In this document: positions 27,385 through 40,848 of the stretch, piece after piece
Layout: every line of letters begins with the position of its first letter
Position numbering within the stretch: position 1 is the first letter of the stretch
Made by a program: the position numbers and the translations under genes
DNA from: Eledone cirrhosa
Lineage: Eukaryota
DNA: 64,000 nt
Reading direction: 5' to 3'
Assembly: GCA_964016885.1 (NCBI GenBank)
Contig: OZ024764.1
Location: 23,498,001-23,562,000 of the forward strand
Notes under the pieces: generated by a model
The model's input: the letters and a program-made list of their open reading frames with translations, nothing else
The model's database searches: none
What the model was told of the DNA's origin: nothing

Positions 27385-27447
27385 TTTAACTAACAAACTA
27401 TTGTGCTATAGAATTGACAAACTTGAGGAATGTTTAATAAATGTTAC

Positions 27448-29750
27448 TGATAGAGGGACCAGCAGTGTTAGTCGAAGGTAGTATAATAAGTAAGGCAATC
27501 AAAGATATGAAGACGGGTAAGGCGGCTGGGACTTCGGCAATAGTTGCTGAGATGCTGAAAGCCTCCGGTACGGTGGGACACACCATAGTCACCCGGATAG
27601 TAAACCAAGTCATACAGAATGGGGTTGTTCCGAAGGACTGGCGTAGCAGCATCATCGTTAACTGTTACAAGGGTAAAGGAGACGCCCTAGATAGGAGTAA
27701 CTATAGAGGCATTAAATTAATCGACCAGGTCATGAAGGTCACGGAAAAAGTAATAGCGCAACTAATCAGAGAGAGAATTGACCTAGATGAAATGCAGTTC
27801 GGGTTTGTGTCAGGCAAAAGTACCACAGACGCTCTTTTCATTGTACGACAACTACAGGAGATGTACCTAGCTAAAAGTAAACCCCTATACTTAGCTTTTG
27901 TCGACTTGGAGAAAGCCTTCGACAGAGTCCCCCGTTCCATTATCTGGTGGGCTCTTAGAAAACTAGGTGTTGACGAATGGCTTGTGAGAGCCATACAAGC
28001 CATGTATAGAGAAACAGTCAGCAAGGCTAGAATTAACAACGAATATAGTGAAGAGTTTAGCGTAAAAGTTGGTGTCCATCAGGGCTCTGTTCTTAGCCCC
28101 CTACTATTTATTATTGCCCTTCAGGTTATAACAGAGGAGTTCAAGACCGGCTGCCCATGGGAACTCCTATACGCAGATGATCTAACGCTCATAGCTGAAT
28201 CAATGGCCGAGCTAGAGAAGAAATTCCAAACATGGAAGCACGGCCTAGAATCAAAAGGCCTTAAAATTAACCTGGCTAAGACTAAAGTTCTAGTTTGTAG
28301 GAAAGAAAATAAGGCGCCGGTCCCCTCCGGGAAATGGCCATGCTCAGTGTGTAGGAAAGGCGTAGGTAGAAACTCCATTTTATGTCCCAAATGCAAAGTA
28401 TGAGTGCATAAAAGATGTAGTGGGATCACAGGTAAGCTAACTAAGAACACAGATTTTACATGTGGCCGGTGCTCTGGTGCAATAAGTAGCAGCAAGTGCC
28501 CACAAAATACTAGCTCATTCAACTGCGCACAGGGCTCTATAGAAATAGTGGACAGCTTCCGTTACCTGGGTGACAAAATCAGCAGTGGGGGAGGGTGCTC
28601 TGAAAGTACAGTAGCTAGAGTCAGAACTGGATGGAAAAAGTTTGGAGAGCTTATACCACTATTAGCCGCTAAAGGGTTCTCCCTAAAAATGAAAGGCAGG
28701 TTGTATGATGCCTGCATACGATCAGCAATGTTGCATGGCAGTGAGACCTGGGCATTGTGTGCAGAGGATATACGCAGATTAGAGAGGAACGAAGCTTGCA
28801 TGCTCCGCTGGATGTGTAATAGTAATATACGTGAACGGCAAAGCATAAACGAACTAAGGAAAAAATTAGAAATAATTGTTTCTACTTTAGGCACAAGGCC
28901 AGCAATTACCAGTGCATTACTGGTACTTTATTTTATCGACCCCGTAAGGATGAAAGGCAAAGTCAACCTCGGCGGGATTTGAACTCAGATGAAAAAATTA
29001 GAAATAATAGGGATCAGATGTTTACTCAAGAGAAGGCTACGTTGGTATGGTCACGTGATGCGCATGAAAGACGACAGCTGTATAACAAAGTGCAGGGCAA
29101 TAAAGATAGATGGTAGCCACGGAGTAGGCAGACCCAGGAAAACCTGGGACGAGCTGATAAATTCCGACCTCACACACTTACACCTCTCCAAGACAATGTC
29201 ACTGGACCAAGACCTTTGGCGGTACTCAGTAACAGAGAAGACCCGCCTTACCTAAATACAAAGTAAAACCTACTAGTCAGTAGGCATCTCTAACAAAATT
29301 CACCCCATCCCACCACCCCCACCCCATCCACACCGCCCCCTTCAATGCAAAGTTATGTTGGTGCCACAACATCCAGGCCGAAACAAACGAGATCGTGTAG
29401 GTGCCACGACAAAAAAATACACAGTCCATGCTGTAATGTGACCGTGTAGGCAACACGGTAAAAACCTCCCAGTCCCACACTGTAAATGTGGTTGGTGTTA
29501 GGAAGGGCATCCAGCTGTAGAAAACTCGCCAGACAGTCCACGCTGTAATGTGGCCGTGTAGGCAACACGGTAAAAACCTCCCAGTCCCACACTGTAAATG
29601 TGGTTGGTGTTAGGAAGGGCATCCAGCTGTAGAAAACCCGCCAGACAGTCCTATGCGAGCAAGACAACCACTCTTGCCTCAAGTAGGAAAACCCCCGTCC
29701 AAACCCATGCAAGCGTGGAACAGGGACGTGAAACGATGATGATGATGATG
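27448..29750 (+). mobile_element. 5'-truncated RTE-clade LINE with PHD-like finger, nonsense stop and nested SINE
   Basis: RT motifs FVDLEKAFDRV, GVHQGSVLSPLLF, YADD, LRWYGHV and GRPRKTW. TGA at 28401. (GAT)n tail. Empty site atgttacagatttc at ~6927. Confidence 0.93.
28877..28990 (-). mobile_element. 5'-truncated SINE nested in the RTE ORF
   Basis: 18-bp TSD gaaaaaattagaaataat (28859-28876, 28991-29008); nearly identical to 3562-3678. Confidence 0.88.
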
Positions 29751-30020
29751 ATTTCTCCAAACTGTCGTTTACTAACTTTAATTTGAAGCTATATTATCTA
29801 TATACTACTAAAACTCTGTGATTGTGTCTTGTCCGTAATTTAATACAGCTAAAACGGTGCATAATGGGGAAATACTTTGAAAGGAATAAAACAAGTTTTG
29901 TATGAATTGGAGCACAGGTTCCCAAGATACGGGGTTTTCTGGGTACCTTCATAAATATAGGGAGAGAAAGAGATAGTGGCGGTGAGAGAGTGAGAGCTGG
30001 TGGTGTTGTTTAATAAAATA

Positions 30021-30056
<36 letters not shown>

Positions 30057-30098
30057 CGTATGTGCATATATATGTATCTGTATATATATATACGTATG

Positions 30099-30401
30099 AA
30101 GCATATAGACAATATGCCCCCACACCCTCCCATTGCAAGGTGGTCGTGGAGGTGCCACGGCAAAAAAGCACCGAGCCTACACCGTAAAATGGACATGTAG
30201 GCACCACGAAAAAGCAGCCAGCACTCACTGTAAATGAGGTTGGTGTTAGGAAGGGCATCCAGCTGTAGAAATCAAGCCAAATCAGTTCCTGTATGAGCAA
30301 GGTATGGTCAGCCGAGCAGACGCTGCCCACAACAGGACAACTCGTCTAACCCATGCTAGCATGGAAGAACGGACGTAAAACGGTGATGATGATGATGATG
30401 A
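30099..30401 (+). mobile_element. Short RTE 3'-UTR retrocopy nested in a Helitron microsatellite
   Basis: Matches 63745-64000. (GAT)n tail. Flanked by the direct repeat tatatatatatacgtatg (30081-30098, 30402-30419). Confidence 0.85.
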
Positions 30402-30487
30402 TATATATATATACGTATGTGTATATTTTAACTATTTAAAATATACACAGCTGGATGACCTTCCTAGAACCAAGCTTATTTACATTA

Positions 30488-31365
30488 AGTACTGGGTGCT
30501 TTTTGTCGTGACACCTACATGACCACTTTACAGTGTGGACTGGGTACTTTTTGTTGTGACACCTACATGACCACTTTACAGTGTGCGTTGGGTGCTTTTT
30601 ATTGTGACACCTACATGACCACTTTACAGTTTGGACTGGGTGCTTTCTGTCGTGACACCTACATGACCACTTTATAGTGTGGACTGGGTACTTTTTGTTG
30701 TGACACCAACATGACCATTTAAAGTTTTGGCTGGGTACTTTTTGTTGTCACCTACATGACCACTTTACAGTTTGGGCTGGGTGCTTTTTGCCGTGACACA
30801 TACGCAACCGCTTTACAGTGTGGGCTGGTTTCTTTTTGTCATATCACCTACATGACCAGCTTATAGTGTTGGCTGTGTGTTCTTTACAGTGTGGGTTGGG
30901 TGCTTTTTCTCATATCACCTACATGACCACCTTAGAGTGTTGGCTGTGTGTTCTTTGCAGTGTGGGTTGGGTGCTTTTTGTCATATCACCTACATGACCA
31001 CCTTATAATGTTGACTGTGTGTTCTCTACAGTGTGGGTTGGGTGCTTTTTCTCATATCACCTACATGACCACCTTAGAGTGTTGGCTGTGTGTTCTTTGC
31101 AGTGTGGGTTGGGTGCTTTTTGTCATATCACCTACATGACCACCTTATAGTGTTGGCTGTGTGTTCTTTACAGTGTGGGTTGGGTGCTTTTTCTCATATC
31201 ACCTACATGACCACCTTAGAGTGTTGGCTGTGTGTTCTTTGCAGTGTGGGTTGGGTGCTTTTTGTCATATCACCTACATGACCACCTTATAATGTTGACT
31301 GTGTGTTCTCTACAGTGTGGGTTGGGTGCTTTTTGTCATATCTCCTACCCAACCACTTTGCAGTG
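30488..31365. repeat. 48-bp then 71-bp minisatellite (also 7566-7855, 13186-13480, 42826-43275, 56654-57250)
   Basis: Unit gtgacacctacatgaccactttacagtgtggactgggtgctttttgtt; later units gain a gtgttggctgtgtgttctt insert. Confidence 0.9.
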
Positions 31366-31369
31366 TGGG

Positions 31370-31900
31370 CAGTGAAATATCAGTAATGCACCAGCTCCAA
31401 TATTCAGTAATCAGAAGAAGGGAGGTAGGCATAAAAGCCAAACTTGCTGTCTTCAATTAGGTTTTTGTGCCAACCCTTACCTATGGTCACATATCTTGGG
31501 TAATGACCAAAAGAATATGAGTGGGAATACAAATGGCAGATATGGGATTCCTCTGAAGGGTCTTTGAAGGAACGTTTCTCAATAAAGTGCATAGCTCTGA
31601 GATCAGAGAGTCACTCCAGGTGGAGCTGTTACTTCTCCTAATTGAGAGATCACAGCTGCAATACTATGGCCATGTGGTTAGAATGTCTGAGGAAAGAATC
31701 ACTGGATAGATTTTACAGGCAAAACTAACCAGCAGGAGACCCAGGGGTAGACCTGAGCAAGATGGTCACATAACATCCATGAGCTTGGCTGGTCTCTCTG
31801 GGAGATCCAGCCAGATCAGTTGGAGTGGGTTGCTTCTGACAGGACCTGTTGGAGGGAGTGTTTGAGGACTCTGCCCCCAAGACCCTCTCTGGAAAAAGTG
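31370..31900 (+). mobile_element. Expander/REX3-like RTE C-terminal fragment (also 43280-43800, 57250-57770, partial 7858-7980)
   Basis: Translates VFVPTLTYGH.SWVMT...QLQYYGHVVRM...RRPRGRP. Confidence 0.7.
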
Positions 31901-32193
31901 GGTTAATAAGAATAAGTTGAGGTCACATAATCAACATGAGATTTCCCTGCTAACAAGGGTTTAATGAGTCTACTTCAACCAAGTAAGTACTGAAGTGAGG
32001 CTACTGATCTCTAGACAGACCAAGGATCTGAGACTTATTTACATAAGGTCTCATTTGCTACTGAGTGCACAGAAAAGGTTGTCATGATTGAAGGGTTCTC
32101 CGACACTATCGTCGGGCAAGCTTTCTATGGCTAGATGTCCTTCATATGACCAACCACATTACAGCCTGTGTTGGGTGTGTTTATCATGTAGGT

Positions 32194-34560
32194 GAGCCAT
32201 AACAAACTGAGGGTTGCCCAAGGTCCACATAGGTCACGTGTTGTCTGAGGGTTGCACACTACAACTAATTATGTACATTACAACTAATTAAGGTCATTTA
32301 ATAAAATATATTGCAGAAAGATTTGTTACTTAAATTTAGAAACATACAATGTACATACAAATGTTTTAGCAGCATTCATGAATACAAAGTAATGAAGTAG
32401 TTTGACAAAAAACTAAAGTTTAACATGTCAACATATACTTGCAGATTGTAACAGCAACAAATACATTGTACACAAATAACAACAGTTGAAAACTGAACAT
32501 TTATTTGCTACTATTCAACCATTTTTAGTCTTTTGTCCTGAGGCTTGACACTTCTTTCTGTTGACAATGTTTGGTATGTCTGGCTGAAATGTTTGTACAG
32601 TTCCAACTTTGATCAGATGACAAGTGTTGATCTGTCAGCCTTGTTCTCTGAGAAGTTTTTGTTAATTTCATGAAGGAAAATAACTGTCCACTCACATTGG
32701 TAGAACCAAACATTGCCATAATCTTTGTGACAAACTTTCTGATGTTAATAAACTTTTCAGGAAGGTATGAAAAGAAACCAGGTATCCCCACTACAAGATA
32801 CTTTGTTCTGAGTGTAGAATCTGACTGCATTTCCAATAGTTCCATCTGCAGGCATTCTTCTGCCTTCATCAAAGGTGAATGGTGCTGAGAATAATGTAAA
32901 CTGATGTTCAAAAAATGAGAAATCACAAAATCTTTCTTGAAATTTCTTTAACAACAATTCCAGGTGACTGTCATACTTAACTAGGCTAAATACAGACTCA
33001 GTATTGGCAGTGTTTTTCAGTTCTTTGCACATAGGAAAATGAACTAAATTTTCATCTGACGACGGAGATTTCCATAAGCTTAGTTTTCTAATGAAGCACT
33101 TGATGTCATCATTCAACTGATTGATGGGTTTGTTTTAACCTTGTACTTTCAAATTAAGATCAGTTAATTGTGCAGTAATATCCACAACAAAAGCCAGATG
33201 TTGGAGCCAACTTTCATCTTTTATTTCATCTGTGTTTTAAACTTTTCTCTCCAAAAACATAATTATTTCTTGTCTCAACAAATAGAATCTTTTCAGCACT
33301 TTGTGACATGTCAACCAGCAGACTTCTGTGTAGAATGGAACATCAGCGAACTGATTATCCATATCTTCAAACAACTGGCTGAACTGACGGTGGTTGAGAG
33401 CATGGCCTCTGATTTAGTTCACTGTCTTTGTGACCAAGCTAAGCACATGATGCAATTTTAAAATCTTTGAACATAAATTTTGCTGATGAATAATAGTGAA
33501 AATGTGCAAATGATGAATCTAGATATGAGTTTTCTATTTTTGTTTGTAACTTGGCAGCAACACCATTATGTCTACCAACCATATTTGCAGCACTGTCAGT
33601 AGATAAACATGCAAGTTTACTCAGATCACAACCATGCAGACCCTGCTTGACCTTCTCAAAGATGTCCTGGCTTGTTATAGTGTCATGCATGGGGACCAGT
33701 TCAATCAGTTCTTCATAAATATTAAATTCACAGTCACAGGCCCTGGTGAAGAATGCAAGCTGTACTATTCCAGTGATGTCAACAGTCTCTTCAATAGCAA
33801 TAGAAACATGTTCAAACCTTGTTGATACAGCCTTTAACTGTTGTTTCAGATCACCTGACATTACATTAATCTGTTCAGGAACAGTGTTCCTGGTTAATGA
33901 AATGTCTTTGAATAACTCTGCTTTCTCTGGACAATTTCAGCTGTTTTTACAAGACATTGCTTTACAAAATCTCCTTCACTGTAAGATTTCCCACTCATGG
34001 CAATCATTTGACTGAGTTCATAGCTTGCAGTAACGGAAGTGACATCCTCTTCCTGAATTAACATAAAACAGGTCTGTTGCTGTGTCAAGTTAACCTTCAA
34101 TTCCTTGAGTCTTGAAACACACATTGGGCCTTCATATTTATCGTAAGATCGAGGGTTTGTTACATAATGTCTTTTTAAATTGTACTCTTTGGGCGTGGCG
34201 ATGTAGTTGTTGCAAATTAAACAGTGTATCTTTCTGTTCACCATTGGGCAAAAATACTGTAATTCCCACTTTTCTTGAAACACTTGCCCTTCTTCGTTCA
34301 CTTTCCTTTTTCTCTTAGCTGGAGGAGCACTAACCATTTCAAAAACGAAATCATTTGAAATTTTGAAAGAAAGTTTTCTGTTAATGAGCTGCACGTGATT
34401 AATGGAAGTTAAAAGTAGTTGACAAAATTTGCAAAAAGAAAATAATTGTATCGAAAATGTTTTAAATTTTATATTACGAAAATGAAACATGCTCCCACTG
34501 TAAAAACCTTTGTGTGGGCGGCAGGTTTGCTTGCAAAGGGCCGCATGGTTGACATGTCTG
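32194..34560 (-). mobile_element. hAT transposon fossil, Buster/SPIN-type (GTF2IRD2-like transposase), most complete copy
   Basis: 8-bp TSD ATGTAGGT at 32186-32193 and 34561-34568 (central TA). TIR-like cagacatgtcaaccatgcggccc. Protein fragments KRK..FQEKW..CLIC..KEYNLKRHY, STDSAANMVG, LNLKLQG, MFGSTY and RLTDQHL. Confidence 0.9.
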
Positions 34561-37110
34561 ATGTAGGTTACCAACACTAGGGAGGGCAGCATGTCCTTCA
34601 ATGTCTTCTGCTACATTAACTACCAGGAGGTCACCACATGACACAAAGACTACATTTCAAAGAAGGGTCATAAAAGAACTAAATACGAAAGTACCCACAG
34701 CAACAAGCAAATAATTGAGCTTTGGGTCTAGGTCAAGGGGCAGAAGTGCTGCGCCCTGTGGATAAGACTGCAGAAGTATTCGCCCCGGACGATGGACAGT
34801 GACACCCACTGCAACAGCCACCCCAACCTCATGGGGCTCCCTCTTCAGAAGAGCCACCAACGTTCTGATCTTACAGAGGAGCTTGGCAGTACGGGGTCCA
34901 AGTACTTCTGAGGTCTCGATGGTGACCGGTGTGAAGAGACCTACAATTGATGTGATCCCAGTTATGTTGGACTGTAATATACTGGGGTATAGAGAGGCCT
35001 TAACCTGTCTCAGCCGGGCCACCCAGGGTTGTGTCATCTAGGTACCAGACAGGGGTGACTAGACCATGTTGTCAACTGTCACCACCAATAGGAGTGAGGC
35101 GAGTGGGTCCCTCTGCTAGACACCATATATAAAACGTATTTGCTAATTACTTTAATGAATAATTTGTTTCATACGTAATTATTACTTTTAACACAATAGG
35201 ATTTTGTACACGTGTTTGTTTGAAAACATCTTTCAAAGAAGTATGAGACAGTCTTTTGTAGTGTTTATTATAATTAATTACTGTATGTTGAGCTGTTTTA
35301 ACTTCTCCACCTTCCATTATTTTATATTGTTTTTGTAAGAAAACGAGATCTTTTTCATATATATATATGAAGGCGTGTGGCTGAGTGGTTAGAGAATTGG
35401 ATTCGGAATTGTGAGGTTGTGAGTTCGATTCTCAGACTGGGCGATGCGTTCTGTCCTTGAGCAAGACATTTTATTTCACGTTGCTCCTTCTACCTGGAGT
35501 TGCGACCGATAGATAGTATTAGCAATTGGAAAGACCAATGGAAACATTGTTTCCTCGGTCTGATTTGACGAAAAGTCGATCATAAAAAATATATAGAGAG
35601 AGAAACACACAAACATACACTACTGTATTACATATGTCAGGGGAGACAACTCTCGTTACATCCACCTTTCTTTTTGATATACGTCCTTTAAATACTTTCT
35701 TCAATGGAACCTGCTTTATTTCGTGTCCTAAGTAGATTTCTGTTTAACTATTTACGAGATTCACAATGATTCACGTAACCAAGTTACTTACATAGAGATA
35801 TATTTCACATAGAATCACAACAAATGAAAATATTAAGTCAACACTCTGTCAATCAGTCTCACATCACATGGGGTGCCGGAGTCTCCCTCTAATACTTTCT
35901 GAGACAGTCTTACCTCGAGTGATAGCAAGGCTAAGATGTTGGAACTACCAAACACCCTCATATGTATCACCTGACACCTCGGTAAGGAGAGCTGCCAACG
36001 ATAACAAGAACCTCGTTGTCAGGGACCTATCTCCTCCAAACTTCTCCAACACCACAGACTAGAATATTCTACTCTTTATTCCCTATCAAATATATTTCAG
36101 TCTAGTAATTTACTTGTATCTTGTATATATATTTTCAAAACTAACTGTCACATTTGTGAGACCCCAGTTAGTGATATTTTTGTCTCCCTCCCACATCCTA
36201 CATGCTGTAGTAAAAGTGAGGGTCACTGCTTCTGTAGACGAACGAAATAAAAGTTAAACTACCAGTAATTATAAACTACCAGTAATTAAGGAAAGATAAT
36301 TATTTCCCAGCTAACTGGAGAAATGTGTAGCTCTACTAAACTCCGATAATCCTGTCTCCCACTTCTTTATCTACAAATCTACTCATTTCCTGCTACTTTG
36401 TTCCCTGGGGTATGCCGTAGTATTTGACACCATCTATCTGTCTTACTCCCTAACTAGAAAGAAGTCAATCTGTCTCATGTGCTCACCTGATTGGTAGGTT
36501 ATTAGGTGGTTGGTAGGTTTCTTGAAGTGTTGCAAATGGTTAGTTCACTTGCATCACAAAATACAAGAAGCCTCACTCCTTCTTCATTTCTTGAGCCATA
36601 ACCATGACCACCATGTACCCCAGTGTATCCATCCTGGAGCTGTTCAACATGACCATTGAAGTCCCCTGCTATTATAACTAGATCTCTGTCCTCTGTCATT
36701 GTGGTTATCTCTACTTATTCCTTTTCTACATATGGAGCAGGGCCACTTTCCTGAAGGTGTCAGGGTCTTCTCTCCCATCCATTAGCACTTTAGTTTTGGC
36801 TGAGTATATTCTCAGAACTTACCATTTCAAATTCTATATCTATAGTTGGTCATCTACATAGAGAAGTTTCCATAGACTGCCAGTCTTAAACCTCTCTGTT
36901 ATGGCTTGGAGAACTATGATGAACAACAGTGGGCTAAGAACTAAACCATGATGAACTCCTACCTGTACCTTCAATTCTTCACTAGACACACTTTACTGAC
37001 AGCTTCTCACAAGCCATTCTTCTACACCTAATTTCCTTAACCCTTTAGTATATAAACTGGCCATATCTGGCCAGAATTCTCCCACATCTTTCTGTTCAAA
37101 CTGGCCGTAA

Positions 37111-39027
37111 TTAAATAATAATAATAATAATGAAATTATTGTGTACAGTGCTCAGGTGCACTACAACTCATCAAAGGTGCATGTATAGTACATAGAATAA
37201 TGTACAAATGTCAGGAAAATGAACAGTGTATGAGTCATGATATAATAACAATAATGAAATATTGTGTATAGTGCCCAGGTGCACCACAACTCATCAAAAA
37301 AGTGCATGTACAGTACATAGGGCAATGCACAAACATCAGTAAAATGAACAGTGCACGAGTCATGATACACACGTGTGCATGTGTATGGAAGGGGTACATC
37401 AGGTGTAGTTTTGGCGTATTTCGGGAAGCTTGAGTGTCTTAAAGGATGCAATGTCTCAGCAGCTAACAACTGACGCAGGCAGTTTGTTCCCTACTTCAGC
37501 AACTCTGAGCGTGAAAAAATGTCTACGAAAGTCATGGGAGCTGTGCTGTTTTCTGATCTTGTAGGCATGTCCACGTGTGTTAGACACATGGAGATCAAAG
37601 AGGCGCTCTGGGTTGTAATTGGCGAGATGGTTAAAAACTTTGTGGGTATTCACCAAGTCCATTGCCAGACGTCGGAGCTTCAATGAATTCATGCCCAGGG
37701 AAGCAAGGCGTTCATAGTATGGTAGGTGTCTGATGGAGGGTATGTGCTTGGTTGCACGTCTCTGAACAATTTCCAGGAGGTCAATGTTCTGAGCAAGATA
37801 GGGGTTCCAGACTGATGATGCGAATTCCAAGTGTGGTCGTACCATAGCTGTATACAGTTTTAAATAGATGGCTGGAGAGCGGCTAACAAAGGTCTTGCTG
37901 AGTGATGCCAAGACACCCTCGGCCTTCTTGACAATCTTAGAGACATGCTTTGTCCAACACAAATCGTTGCTGACAGTAATGCCCAGGTCACGTTCACAAG
38001 AGGACTTTTTGATATCAGTGTTGTGGAGGGAGTATGTGGACGCTGGATTTTTCCTTCCAAAATGCATGGTGGTACACTTGTCCACAGCCAGCTTCAGTTG
38101 CCAGTCTGTGATCCATTGCTGCATTGTGTCCAGGTCTGATTGTAGGAAAGAGTTGTAAATTTCAGGATCAGTCCTTTTGATTTCAGGGTACAGCTTGATG
38201 TCATCTGCATATTTCAGTACCGTGGCATTCTGTAAGTTGGCATCTATGTCATTAATATATGCCACAAACAAAAGAGGACCAAGAACAGATCCCTGTGGTA
38301 GACCAGATGACATCTCATATGGTGAAGAATGCTGTCCTAGAACCGTGACTACTTCCTTTCGGCTGAGAATGAAGGATTTCAACCAGTCGAAAAGATCATC
38401 CCTCACACCCATTGCAGAGAGTTTTGCCATAAGTCTTTTGTGTGGCACAGAATTAAAAGCCTTAGCAAAGTCAAGGTAAACAACATCCACCCATGAGCCG
38501 CTGTCAGTGATCCGGGTGATGTCCTCAAGGAACTCGATAAGCTGATCACAGCAGCTGGAGTTAGGGATAAATCCAAACTGTGAGGGCCAGATGAGGCTGT
38601 GAGAGCTCCAGAAGTTCCAAAGTGTTTCTCTGACACAGGATTCCATCAGTTTGGCCATACAGCTAGTAAGACTGACTGGACGATAGTTGACAGGTGACAT
38701 GCGGTTGCCCTTTTTGAACAGGGGAATGACACTGGCAGTTTTCCACTGCTCCGGAGTAGCACCATTGTTGAGACAGTATTGAAAGAAGAAAGAAAGCTGG
38801 CGCAAAAGGAAATACCCGCCACGTTTGAGAAGCAGGTATGTCACACCATCAAGACCAGGGGAGGCATAGTTGCGCTTATTCTTAAGGTGACGTCGCAACA
38901 TTGCAGGTGTAAATTCCATAGTTGTTATGGAATTTGATGTTAGAGATGGTGGAGATGGTACATTCTGGTTTTCAACAGTAAAAATACTTGCATAGCACTC
39001 AGCAATGAGTTCTGCGCATTCCTTGAT
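37111..39027 (-). mobile_element. 5'-truncated CR1-clade LINE, duplicate of the 1364-3279 insertion
   Basis: 487-aa RT ORF 37456-38919; flanks and truncation point match copy 1. Confidence 0.92.
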
Positions 39028-39165
39028 TGGTCACTTATACTTATGTTAAGGTATTGTTCTCAAAATAAATAACATGAAAATCTCATAGATTTGATATTAT
39101 GAGAGATAAAGCATTTACTGTGAAAATATAATAGTAAATATAGAGTAATGTGAATACTAAAGGGT

Positions 39166-39465
39166 TAATCTAATGTCACTAATAACTACTTTTATCAGTC
39201 AGTATAATCTAATGTCACTAATAACTACTTTTATCAGTCAGTTTAATCTAATCTCACTAATAACTACTTTTATCTGTCAGTATAATCTAATGTCACTAAT
39301 AACTACTTTTATCAGTCACTTTAATCTAATGTCACTAATAACTACTTTTATCTGTCAGTATAATCTAATGTCACTAATAACTACTTTTATCAGTCAGTAT
39401 AATCTAATGTCACTAATAACTACTTTTATCAGTCAGTATAATCTACTACCACTAATAACTAACCT
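39166..39465. repeat. 39-bp minisatellite, ~8 copies (also 3418-3745, 23408-23590, 52715-52860)
   Basis: Unit taatctaatgtcactaataactacttttatcagtcagta. Confidence 0.92.
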
Positions 39466-39798
39466 ATGTTAGGCAGCACATTCTTCACCAAAGAAGGCCT
39501 TAGTATTTATTACAGTCCATTTATCAATATAGAAATATTATATGAAATTTGTACTGATGTATTACAAGTTTCTGAGTATCTTATAATGTTCTTTTATTAT
39601 TTCAGAATACCAGAGGACATTGGCATTAAAGAGCACGTTACATCAGACATATTCTCAACATTAACCATTTCTAATGAAAGACACTACCCATCATTTTCAA
39701 ATAATTTTGAAAACACTCAACACTTTGAAGGGATTTAATAATATAACTAAATTTCTCAGTATTAAGCTGTGAATTATGTGAAAAACTGACGTGATTGA

Positions 39799-40848
<1,050 letters not shown>

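Noticed and set aside
30488-31365. Repeat-spacer or coding repeat ORFs in the 48/71-bp array
   Set aside because: Plain tandem repeat derived from an RTE UTR; the ORFs are repeat translations.
32525-34601. Domesticated GTF2IRD2/ZBED-like host gene
   Set aside because: Multiple frameshifts and stops, with TIR and TSD present, so it is a dead transposon.
39173-39738. ORFs MSLITTFISQ... and MLGSTFFTKEG... as N-terminal ZNF exons
   Set aside because: Minisatellite and antisense RTE translations that cross the predicted acceptor, stop before the ZNF ATG and are disrupted in unit 4.
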